From: Eledone cirrhosa
Taxonomy: Eukaryota
Direction of reading: 5' to 3'
Assembly: GCA_964016885.1 (NCBI GenBank)
Contig: OZ024740.1
Location: forward strand, 288,176,001 to 288,240,000
Length of the DNA stretch: 64,000 bases
Numbering within the stretch: position 1 is the first letter of the stretch; the number at the start of each line of letters is the position of its first letter. The notes under the pieces are model-generated. The model saw nothing but the letters and a program-made list of their open reading frames with translations, did no database searches and had not been told where the DNA came from. Positions 12,450-25,679 of this stretch are shown piece by piece. The position numbers and the translations under genes were made by a program.

Positions 12450-12454
<5 letters not shown>
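11786..12454 (+). mobile_element. Non-coding element family P3 (645 bp period) with rearranged HHR-like motif
   Basis: TGATGAAGGACTAAATTTATTCATA at 11786 and 12431; internal duplication of about 130 bp in 12012-12280; homologue at 63590-63795 (rc); flanked by (TA)n. Confidence 0.7.
12372..12440 (+). ncRNA. Candidate non-circularly permuted hammerhead-like RNA
   Basis: GGTA-TA-TGGTCTT..GAAA-TACC..AAGATCA-CTGATGA: stems I and III pair but core strands are in reversed cyclic order; stem II weak. Confidence 0.55.
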
Positions 12455-12506
<52 letters not shown>

Positions 12507-12714
12507 CGTTTCTGAATTTGTTTAGCAAGATTCTTTATCTGAAAACGTGTGTTGAAACCGATATTGTTATACTTTGGGAGAGTCATGTTGCCAATAAGAA
12601 ACACACGCACCAGTTGCTTTCACTTCAATTTATTATAATAAATTTATAAATTTAGGAATTTATAAATTTCCGGTTGGTTGGTTGGTTCCACAACCAGATG
12701 GTTGTTTATATATT

Positions 12715-12757
12715 GTCAAAGTTCTTTCGTCACACATTCTGTGACCTCTTCAGTGAC
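12715..12757 (-). ncRNA. Minimal type I hammerhead (family P2)
   Basis: rc: GTCA-CTGAAGA-g GTCACA gaatg TGTGAC-GAAA-GAAC-TT-TGAC. Confidence 0.75.
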
Positions 12758-12862
12758 TGGGGATTCTTTTCTTTGTTTTTGTGCCTCTCCTTTGTTCTGA
12801 ATTCTGAAGTGAAAGCAACTGGTGCGTGTGTTTCTTATTGGCAACATGACCCTCCCAAAGTA

Positions 12863-12962
<100 letters not shown>

Positions 12963-13088
12963 GGGGGTGTAACGTGCAGTTACTGTAAGTTTACCCAGGT
13001 TACCACTCGATGCTTAGAGTCACGTCTGTAACGAGGTGTAGAGCTAAACAGAGTGTAAATATAATAATAAAAGGATGATATGTTTATT

Positions 13089-13288
13089 GATTGGTGACGC
13101 GTTTCGCTATTGATCAGCTCAAGGTTCGATCTGTATCGACGTGGCCCGACTCTGGAATCAAAAGCTCGTCGGACCTTTGTTGTTGCAATGACAGAGACCC
13201 GACGAGCTTTTGATTCCAGAGTCGGGCCACATCGATACAGATCGAACGTTGAGCTGATCAATAGCGAAATGCGTCACCAATCAATAAA
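13089..13288. mobile_element. Palindromic element family P4 with an HHR in each arm
   Basis: Arms about 13083-13172/13199-13288; rc of left arm GGT-CCGACGA-GCTTTTGAT..ATCAATAGC-GAAA-CGCG-TC-ACC; relative at about 57405-57620. Confidence 0.7.
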
Positions 13289-13321
13289 CGCAATGAAGAC
13301 ATAAAAAATCGTCCTTTTATC

Positions 13322-13386
<65 letters not shown>

Positions 13387-13722
13387 TTACACACTTACAC
13401 ACTTCGCTTTTCATCTTTAAGGGGTCGATAAAATAAAGCACCAGTAATGCACTGGGGTCGATTTAATCGACTTTCCCTTCCCTCAAAATTGCTGGCCTTG
13501 TGCCAAAAATCATTATATATATATATACAAACAATACTCTAAGAATATTACCCCAGGTCTGTTGCAGGAAACAACCTAGGGTTCGATGTGTAGCGGCCTT
13601 TAAATGTTTGAGATTAATTAGTTTCCTATTCGGAATTTTAATTTATCCACGGAAAGATTTGGGTCAAGTGAATTAAAAGCCATAACTAATCCACGTGTCT
13701 CGGTAGACAGATGAATATACAA

Positions 13723-13760
<38 letters not shown>

Positions 13761-15080
13761 TTAAATTGACAGAGAGAACAGACAAGCAGTGTTTTACATC
13801 CTTCCAACCACAATAGACGCAATCGGAAGTAATTGTTGACATGGAGTTTACCATGGAAACATGACTAACTTCCTTCCTCTTAGAACACTGATTTCTAATT
13901 TAGGCGCAAGGCCAGCAATTTTGGATGAAAGGGAAAGTGGAAAGTGGATTATATCAACCTCACGGCTCGATTGCTACTTTATATTATTGACCACCTAAGG
14001 GCAGTATCGTTAGAGCGTCGGACACCTTACCTTGCAGCATAGTTACGGCCCTTTACGGTCTGAGTTCAAATCCCGTCTAGGTTAGCTTTGCCTTTCATCC
14101 TTACGGGGTCGATAAAATAAAGTACCAGTAAGGCACTATATTATCGATCTCCGAAGGATGGAAGGCAAAGTTGACCCCGGTGTGAATTGAACTGAGGAAG
14201 TATAAAGTCCCGGAACAAATACTGCTAACCCTTTATTCTACTCTCTACTGACTTTGCCAAGCCACAACCTGTCCTACAATATTAACAACATTAACATATT
14301 TCAGTTAGACGTCGTTCTCAATGCTTCTGCCATCCACCCGTCCCTTATGGTGTATTCTGCTGTTTAATCCTGAGATTCTCAAAGTAGGCGCTACAGCAGG
14401 ATTTGAATTCAGAACGTGACGCCATTGAACTAATACCACAAAGCAGTTCGTTCGATGCTTTAAAAATCCGGGGGGGGGGGGCACTGTGGCCTAGAGGGTG
14501 GTAGAGATAATATAATAGTATATTAAATATATTAATTTTACCTTTTGTTTTTTTCGGGGTGGATAAAAGGAAGTACCGATCTTGACGGACTGGCGGATTT
14601 TTAAAGCATCGAACGAACTGCTTTGTGGTATTAGTTCAATGGCGTCACGTTCTGAGTTCAAATCCTGCTGTAGCGTACTTAGTGGTAGATTTAATCTGTC
14701 ACCCGGTTTAACACCACCACCAGTGCTATTGGGTTCCTTTAGCGGAGTTAACTCTGCTGCAAGCATTCGGATCAGGTCTGCGACCAGACGATAACTTCCC
14801 CCCTCCATCCCAGTAGCCACGGAGCCCCTGACTAAACAGTAAAAGAAAAAAAAATGTTTCAAACATTGTTGACTTCTCATGAGGGTGGTGGATGGGAGGA
14901 GTTGTTATAGCGTCGGATAAAATGGTTTATATTTGTTTTGGCTCTTTATGTTCTGAGTTCAAATTCCTCGAAGGTAAGCTTTGCTTTTCATCCTTCTTGG
15001 GTCGAGTCTTATTAGTTTCACGCTTGGAGGGGGAAGTAATGAGGGTTTTGTAGTATTGGACACAAGTCCTTCTTCAGAAG

Positions 15081-15608
15081 GTCAGTGGTATGACTGTGTG
15101 AGCAGTCAGTGGTATGACTGTGTGAGCAGTCAGTGGTATTACTGTGTGAGCAGTCAGTGGTATGACTGTGTGAGCAGTCAGTGGTATGACTGTGTGAGCA
15201 GTCAGTGGTATGACTGTGTGAGCAGTCAGTGGTATGACTGTGTGAGCAGTCAGTGGTATGACTGTGTGAGCAGTCAGTGGTATGACTGTGTGAGCGGTCA
15301 GTGGTATGACTGTGTGAGCGGTCAGTGGTATGACTGTGTGAGCGGTCAGTGGTATGACTGTGTGAGCAGTCAGTGGTATGACTGTGTGAGCAGTCAGTGG
15401 TATGACTGTGTGAGCAGTCAGTGGTATGACTGTGTGAGCAGTCAGTGGTATGACTGTGTGAGCAGTCAGTGGTATGACTGTGTGAGTGGTCAGTGGTATG
15501 ACTGTGTGAGCGGTCAGTGGTATGACTGTGTGAGCAGTCAGTGGTATGACTGTGTGAGCAGTCAGTGGTATGACTGTGTGAGCAGTCAGTGGTATGACTG
15601 TGTGAGCG
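15081..15608. repeat. 24-bp minisatellite, about 22 copies (GTCAGTGGTATGACTGTGTGAGCA)
   Basis: Direct reading; gives the spurious SSQWYDCV ORF. Confidence 0.95.
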
Positions 15609-16249
15609 ATGTTCTGAGTTCAAATTCCTCGAAGGTAAGCTTTGCTTTTCATCCTTCTTGGGTCGATAATAAAGTCAAGCAGTGGGGTCGATAAAATAGG
15701 CTTTATTTAAACCTCAAATTGTTGACCTTGTATCCAAATTATATCCTGACGCTCTACCGATACTGCTAAATCCACCACCCTAGTTGCCTATATAATTAAA
15801 GACGTTCCAGCTGTGACCATCCCGTCTTTTCTTATACCAGGGACTATATTGTTCAATGTAATGTACCCCAACCTTTTTTTTTCACAAACAGTTTGTTAAT
15901 TCTAGAAGGCCGAGCAGCTGTGTAAAAGATCCCTTGTCATAGGTACTGCTGTTGTTGTTGTTATTATTATTCCAATATTGTATTAACAATAGAGAACAAG
16001 AATCCTTTGTTGCTACAGACGGTAGGTGTGATACAGCTCAGCACAAAAACACACGCATTCACATAATCACTATAGGCACATTACACACACACACTCACAC
16101 ACACATACACTCTCAAATATTTACATACATATATATACTTCCACATATACATATAAACACTGTATACATAATATATATATATATATATATATGGCTAACA
16201 CAACAACGCACTTACACAAGCACGAATATACATTATATATGTATGAGTA

Positions 16250-17192
<943 letters not shown>

Positions 17193-17640
17193 TCATGAAT
17201 TAAAACGAAAGTAATAATGATTACAACAACAAAAACAACAAATCACAATAGCAGTGTTTGGCAGAAAATCAACAGGTGTGATCAACCTGAGTCATGGCTT
17301 CATTGAAGTAAAGGTACATCATCAGCCTCCCTGCTTCATATACCACCCCGTTCTCTGTTTACACCCACGCCCCTCAAGTACTCACCATCCCTGCTTCATA
17401 TACTCCCCCCCCCCGCCCTGTTTACACCCACGCCCCTCAAGTACTCACCTGCACACTCCCCTTCTTGTCGAGGCTAGCTTTGTCTTTCATCCTTATGGGA
17501 TCGATAAAATAAAATACCAGTAACACACTGAGGTTGATTTAATCGAATTCATCCCCCCCCCCACACCTTTGTCCATTGTATTGTCTCCTATATGTAGCCC
17601 CTTGTGACCAATAAAGAAAAAATATTATTATTATTATTAT

Positions 17641-18337
17641 TGTTCTTTGAGTGTCAGTCATTGGTGTTATTTAACTGGAAAGTTTGTTGAAATGAATATC
17701 AAGCCACTACCTGTAGCCTCAGATATTCAGGACGTATCGGAGGGTTCTTGCTGTTCCCAGCAAGCATGCCTTTTGAAGTGTTCCAAAAAGCGGGTTTGGA
17801 CTAATCTTCTTTAACCATCCTTGGAAACTCTTTGAGATAGTACCCAGTGTGCCTATGACAATCGGGACGACCTTGATTTCATGGCAGTTCCAAATCCTTT
17901 TTAACTCCCACTTTAAGTCCTGGTATCGGTTAATTTTCTACTTCTCCTTTTCTTGCACTCTCGTGTCGAATGGGCAGGCTACATCTACATTCAGGCACGA
18001 TCTTTTTTCCTTGTCCAAAACCACCAGGTCGGGCCTATTGTGTTCTAATTTCTTGTCCGTCTGTATCCTAAAATCCCATAGCACCTTCACCTGATCGTTT
18101 TCTATCACCGACTCTGGCTTATGCTCATACCACTTCTCAGAATGTGGTAAATTGTTTACTTTGCATAGGTGCCAGTGGTTCACCCTGCCCATCACATCAT
18201 GTCTCCAGCCCTTATAGTGAGTCTGGGCTAGGTATTTACACTCGGATACAATGTGAGCCACAGTCTCCTTTCTCTCTCTCCATAGATTCTACACAGTGGG
18301 CTAGCCTCCTCCTTGTAAATATGGCGTTTCACCGACT
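17641..18337 (-). mobile_element. 5'-truncated Dong/R4-type RLE non-LTR retrotransposon
   Basis: HIVSECKYLAQTHYKGWRHD..LWDFRIQTD..NRPDLVVLDK..DVACP: CCHC tail plus RHD and PD-D endonuclease motifs; (TAT)n on both flanks. Confidence 0.85.
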
Positions 18338-18356
18338 TTATTATTATTATTACTAT

Positions 18357-19042
18357 TGTACTGGGTAATTGCTGGCCTTGTGCCAAAAGTAGAAACCATT
18401 ATTATTATTGGCAGTATCGGTAGAGGGTCGGACGCCATGCTTTCCAGCATAGTTACGTCCCTTTACGATCTGAGTTCAAATCCCGCCGAAGTTGACTTTA
18501 CCTTTCATCCTTACGGGGTTGATAAAATAAAGTACCAGTAATGCACTGGGTAATTGCCGGCCTTGTGCCTAAAGTAGAAACAATTATTACTATTATTATT
18601 ATCATTATTATTCGTGAATTGGTAGCATCAGTAGAGAGTCGGACGCCATGCTTTGCAGCATAGAGTTACAGCCCTTTACGGTCTGAGTTCAAATCCCGCC
18701 GAGGTCAACTTTACCTTTCATCCTTATAGGGTCGATAAAATAAAGCATTGGGGTCGAATTAATCGACTTTCCCGACCCCCCTTCAAATTGCTGGCCTTGT
18801 GCCTAAAGTGGAAACAATTATTATTTTTTCTTCTTTGCTGGCAGTATCAGGAGAGCCTCGGATATCATGCTTTGCGGCATATAGTTATGTCCCTTTACGA
18901 TCTGATTTCAACCCCCACCGTGGTTAGCTTTGCCTTTCATCCTTATGGAGTGGATAAAATAAAGTACCAGTAACGCACTGGGTCGATTTAATCGATTTCT
19001 CCTCTACCAAAATTGTTGGCCGTGTGCCTAAATCAGAAATCA
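18357..19042 (+). mobile_element. Cluster of tandem SINE family A copies
   Basis: Three near-complete copies plus a 3' fragment, mostly separated by (ATT)n. Confidence 0.9.
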
Positions 19043-19759
19043 ATATCACTTTCTTTTTCTTTGCTTTCACGACTCACGTTCAACTCTCCGAGACGGAAAT
19101 CTCATCGTTGCGTGACTAACTTTTTTATGTACTTCCCTTAGGTGTTACCACAACACACATTTACCATACCAACAACAGCAGCTGCACCGCTACCACCTCC
19201 ACCACTACCACAACCACCACTACCACCACCACCACCACCATCACCACTACCACCACCAACAACAGCAACAACTAGGAGTCAGTACACGGTCACTTAACCT
19301 GTTAGAAATGTCAGCTACAGCTCCCTCAAATCACCGGTTCTGCCATACACCTCACCACTACTGCCACTACTAATATTACTCACCTTAACCACTACGCCTC
19401 TTGCCGAATCAATAACAGGTCGTTTCACATAGTATTCCATTCATACTACTTACTATTATCTTTCACTTCCTTGTGACTCCGTAAAATGGAACACTGTGAT
19501 CTAGAGGCCATTGGATGTCATTGAGAATTTCTAATTTAGGTACACAGTCTGCCATTTTTTTGTGGAGTTGATGGGGTGGGGGTGGGGGTGGGTCGATTAT
19601 ATTGGTCCCAATATTTGTTGGTACCTTATTTTAGCGATCTCGAAGGGATGAATGACAAAGTTAACTTCGGCGGGATTTGAATTCTGAATGTAAAGAGCTG
19701 TAACTAAATGTATGGAGAATATATTTTCGTGCCAAGTCTTCGGAAAGGGCTCAACAGAC

Positions 19760-20271
<512 letters not shown>

Positions 20272-20317
20272 TCAAAATGACAAAAGACCAAGGTTAACAA
20301 CTTAAATCCATTCTTTA

Positions 20318-20437
20318 ATTTCCACGTCCATTTCAATACGGTTACAATAGTACTTGCATATGAAAACAATTGGAAATAATTAAATACCAATTATCAACAC
20401 TATACATAATACATATTACTGCATTTCTTCAGGAAAT
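20318..20437 (-). ncRNA. Degenerate hammerhead, extended stem II
   Basis: rc: ATTTC-CTGAAGA-AATGC...GTATT-GAAA-TGGACG-TG-GAAAT; G at position 17 predicts an inactive copy. Confidence 0.5.
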
Positions 20438-20914
20438 GTGATAAGGAACAAAGTTTACCAAATTCAAAAATAATAAGAATAGACTATATAAAACACTGGG
20501 CGTGAAGCAAGCAATTAAACGGACAGTACATGGAGTTGTTGCAAAAGTATATAATTATGGGTTGAAGTAAAAAGCATTACATCATTATTATTCATAATGT
20601 TATTATTAATTTTTCTTAGTAATTTTTCTTATACAATTAGAATAATACTTGTTAGTTAGATATGCAGGGGTGGAAGTTATTAAAGAAGCAACAGTAAGCA
20701 TTTCACGTAAAAAGATATATATAAATAAGAAGCATGTGTAAATTACCATTAATACTAATATTAATCTGGTTCGAAGATACAATCTGTGTAGAGGGTTGAA
20801 TTGGCTGAATTCATATTACACTGTTAATTACAGGAATTTTACAATTTAAATTCAAAGATTTGATTTCACGCGGTAAATTCAAAATTAGTAAAATCTCACA
20901 CATAACTATATATA

Positions 20915-21236
20915 TAGTGAAAGAGAGAAGAATAACATGGTCAACAGTAAAAAAAGGGTTTTATTTACAGTATTAACAATTGTTTCATTTATTAGGATGT
21001 CTAAAGGTTGCTAATCACTCGAAGTTGTGTCACTCAACCTTAAATACAGTGTATGCCTAATCAAATCATCGGAATAATTTGATGATTTGATTAGGAATAC
21101 AGTGTATTTAAGGTTGAGTGACACAACTTCGAGTGATTAGCAACCTTTAGACATCCTAATAAATGAAACGATTGTTAATACTGTAAATAAAACCCTTTTT
21201 GTACTGTTGACCATGTTATTCTTCACTCTTTCACTA
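20915..21236. mobile_element. Palindromic pLTR-like element (about 155 bp arms)
   Basis: Arms 20915-21070/21082-21236 near-identical in inverted orientation. Confidence 0.85.
20971..21076 (-). ncRNA. Type I hammerhead variant (CCGAUGA), extended stem II
   Basis: rc: TATT-CCGATGA-TTTGATTAGG...CCTAATAAAT-GAAA-CAATTG-TT-AATA; palindromic stem III ACAATTGT. Confidence 0.65.
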
Positions 21237-21395
21237 TTATTACTCCAAAATTAAACTGCATAGGAATTCCCGTGAACTCGCCACCTAACTAAGGAAACCT
21301 CTTGTTTAATCAAACAACGCCGTACGTTAAAACTATCCACAATACAGAGTACTTACAACCTCTAACTGGATTACCTATAACGATAATTTGTTATC

Positions 21396-21791
<396 letters not shown>

Positions 21792-21854
21792 AACTTTACT
21801 AACTTTGATATGTTTCGACCAGTATTGACCCAGGCCATGTCTAACTTAGTAGCA

Positions 21855-22046
21855 CTACCAGGCGAAATCTTTTAAATCATGATTTGGACAACATGGTCTA
21901 CTTAAGTAGAGAGTTTTCGGAGACATATCCGGAATTTCTTGGAAGAATTTGTCCAAAGACATTTTGAATTTTATGGGATCTGTTTCTGTTTTTATGTATT
22001 TTGGTGTGATGTTAAAGAGAGCTGGACCAGTTGAGGTGAAATACAT
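21855..22046 (-). pseudogene. CR1/L2-group LINE C-terminal fragment
   Basis: GPALFNITP..IK......FKMSLDKFFQEIPD resembles CR1-group ORF2 ends. Confidence 0.6.
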
Positions 22047-23316
22047 ACATTGTGTGTATATGTGTAAAATATGTATAATAAAAATAAAATAAACTGAAAT
22101 TCAATGAAATCTTACATTGCTATATATGATACATATTTTTTTTTACTCTGAATATTATGTTTCTCTGAGATAAACTTATGTCAAGATAAGTGCACATGTA
22201 TTCACTTTACCAGCAGGACCACACTTGCAGCTGGCGTCAAGTAAAATACGAGGTATTATAAACAAACTCGAAATGACGGAAGTTTCGAGCAAAAACTCCT
22301 TAGGGTTAGAATTCTCTACAACGTGGAAGTTGTTCGATATGCTAGAAATAGCAGCCAGATTTTTCTAACTCTAACACATCGCCTTAAAATGGGAATGGCA
22401 CTGTAATAATATAGTGTCCTGCAATCGGTGTATCTGAAAAAGGGTCTTGAATGGAACGCCCTTGGTCAAAGTTCTAGTAGTTTATTGCTGACCAATATAT
22501 ATAGCTAAACAACAACAATAAGTCCCCATCCTAAAAAAAAAACAAAAACAATTAAGCATGTTAAACGAAATATTGGGCACAAACTGAACCACTTCCCACG
22601 AATTAACCATAGCACAAATCTGTAGTGTAATTCTAGTAGAAAAAAATAAGGTAGAACAACAACAAAGAAAAAGAATTTCCTGATTACACATCAATGACAT
22701 TGAAATAATATTGTTACGAGAGATAAGAATACTTCAAATCAGGCAAGCCACGGTGGATATCACATAAGATTTATATAAAAAATCTTATATCTAGCACATA
22801 GATAGATACCACAAATATGGCACAACTTAGCAGAAATACAAGCATTCAAGATTGAAAAAAAAAAAAATAGACCTCCTCCCCCACACACACACGCACACAT
22901 ACAAAGAACAAAAGAATAGTAAACCAGCAGCACGCAAAGAAAAATGAGCATAATAAACGTATACTTACCACCTTCAACTACAAAACAAACATGATACTAA
23001 AATACAGATAACATAATAGATTAATGATGCACAATGTGATCCAAGTAAACCACCAGAGGTCCATACTAAAGCTTTTACATTAGAGAATCTATGATCTAAA
23101 TCAATTAAACTAAATTTACGTGTACCTATTATACAGTCCATTATCAACTTCTTAACTTGATATATTTATTTCCTACTGTGACGCATAATGGAGTTAAAAG
23201 TAAACGTATATTTGGTGGCCTATTGAGTTTTCCTTGGGAATTTCAACAGTTGAAAATTGCAAACTTGAAAATTGCAAACAGTTGAAAATTGCAAACTTGA
23301 CTGTCACCACACATTA

Positions 23317-23355
23317 TGAACCTGAAGATTGCGAAAGCATGAAAGTACTTGTTCA
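23317..23355 (+). ncRNA. Minimal type I hammerhead (39 nt)
   Basis: TGAAC-CTGAAGA-t TGC GAAA GCA t-GAAA-GTAC-TT-GTTCA; GNRA loop II, palindromic AGTACT stem III. Confidence 0.8.
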
Positions 23356-23467
23356 ATTAACACTTAACATTTAATATTCTACCATACTATTTCATTCTAA
23401 TACCATTATAAATTTTAAAGGATTGTAAATAAAACGAGTAAATCAGACAAAGTTGGAATTCCTTTTA

Positions 23468-23539
<72 letters not shown>

Positions 23540-23841
23540 TACATATATATGTATATGTATATATATTTATCTATTTATCATTTATCTATCTATCTATCTA
23601 TATGTCTGTCAGTCTATCTATCCATCTATCTATCTATCTTGATAGAGTAAGACACGCTTCACATCGGCTCCGCTATTCCATCGGGATTTACCCTTACTAT
23701 TGTAAGTACCGGATAAATTTTTCAGTGCAACACATTTGGAACACTAACCCCTGTTATTTAGGGAAACATTTTTGCATTTACCCCCTTTTTAGGGGGTAAA
23801 ATAAATATCTAATTTTGCCGAAAAATTTCGTTCTTGGCAGC

Positions 23842-25526
23842 ATGGCGGAAAAGATGGCAGACATGTCTGCCATTAGCTCTGCCACGCCCCCCCAAGTCTG
23901 AAGAAAAAAAAAATAATTACAACAAAATTAGACAACGAAACAAACAAAGAAAATGAAAAAACAAATGTTAAGGAAAATGAGCAAACGGAAAACAAACAAA
24001 CAGAAAATAATACAAATAACAACAGGGCAACTTTCGCCCAGAAAACAAAACAATCCATTACATACACACCAATTGACCTAACGGCCGCCAGAGAAAAACT
24101 GGCTGAAGCAAAGAAACACATTGTTTTGGGGGAGAACGGAATGTTTTCCATTAACTCCCCCCCAGAATTCAAGAAAGCGAGAACAGAGAACACAGTTCTC
24201 TTCAGAACAATCCTAAACCAAACAAGAAAGCCAGCACAGCCCAGCCAAATGGAGATAGAGTTGGTCCTAAAAGACTATATGAAGAATATTCTCTTCATAC
24301 GAAAGGACCGACTCTATGGCAGCATTTCGGTCCTAACAAAAGACAAGGAAACGGCGGAGAAGCTTTCCCTAAGTCCACTCTCATCGACAACATATAGCTT
24401 CTATCCCTCCTACATGGGTAGAAGAACACAGAGAGTAAAAATACAAACAATGCTGCCCACAATGGACTTCTGGTGGGCTATTGCTGGCTTCATAGACATG
24501 GGCGAGGACACAGTGCTGTCAATGGGGAAGGCATCCGGAGATGCGTTCCTGGGAATGGGCCTCGACCTACTAGTCCAAATGAGGCCCGAAAGAATAACAC
24601 AAATCCCGGATCGCATCTGGCTGGATGAGCTCACCCCAATAGATATAATTGTAGAGGGGAGAAGACCAGCATGCTATTTATGCACGGAAAGGGGACACAT
24701 TAAGGCTAACTGCCCGAAACGTATCCCCCAAAAAGGACTATTGCCCACACCCATCACAAACAGTACACCAACACCACCCACCTCCAAAAATACACTAATA
24801 CCACACACAGCAAACAAAATACAAACACCACCAAGCACAACACAAACATCACCACCACCAGCACCAAACACAAGCACGACACAAAAATCACCACCACCAT
24901 CACGAACACAAACACCACCACCACCATTACCAACCACAAGCACGACACAAACAGCACCACCACCACCACAAAACGCATTCCAAACAAATAAAAAAAAAAA
25001 ACAGCAACAAATCTACCCCTCCCGCAAAAAAAAACAACCAGACACGACGTCCCTCCCACCTAGCGCTGAAGAGTTTCCCCCAACTTCTGAAGAAGAAGGA
25101 GGAGAAGCCTTCAGACAAGTTAAAAGAAAAAAAAGAAAGCACACACCCAGCACACCACAAATAACCCACACACAAACACCAACTCCAATAAAAAACACCC
25201 CACTCTCAACAAACAAAAATAAATCTGCGCCTCCCCCCTTCGAAACATTGACAGCATCACAAAAAAAGACATTGCAATACACATATATAAATAAAGAAAA
25301 CAAAAAACTGTTTAAATTAATAAACAATAGCCCTTTGGTGCAAACCGAAGGGCCAAACTTTATCTTAACAGAGAACTTCACCCATTTAAAAATGATAAAG
25401 GTTCCTCTGGACCTTTATCGTTCCTTAAAAGAACAATTTAGACAGGACGTGAGCCCCCCCCCCCTGTTTAAAACCGTTAAATCGCGTCCTCTTGAAAGAT
25501 TTCCCCATAACCTCCCCTCTCCCTGA
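23842..25526 (+). CDS. LINE ORF1, gag-like with CCHC zinc knuckle
   Basis: ORF 24126-25526 has CYLCTERGHIKANC and a Pro/Thr-rich tail; frame stays open upstream to an A-run near 23905, with probable ATG at 23842 across one frameshift. Confidence 0.8.
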
Positions 25527-25679
25527 CACAACTCCAAACACCCCAACCCCACCACACTCGGGCACCCCCACACCACCACAAAACATCCCTCCACCCAACA
25601 CACCTGACGCCATGGAAATTACACAGCCCGGAGAGGTAGGTGCTTTTCTTTCTTCACTTTCAACACCAAAATAGATCAA

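Noticed and set aside
15081-15608. CRISPR array or Cys/Trp repeat protein (ORF 14981-15694)
   Set aside because: No unique spacers, eukaryotic context, and the ORF starts and ends in SINE sequence
19715-19755. Minus-strand CCGAAGA..GAAA-ATATAT-TC hammerhead-like string
   Set aside because: Stems I and II do not pair
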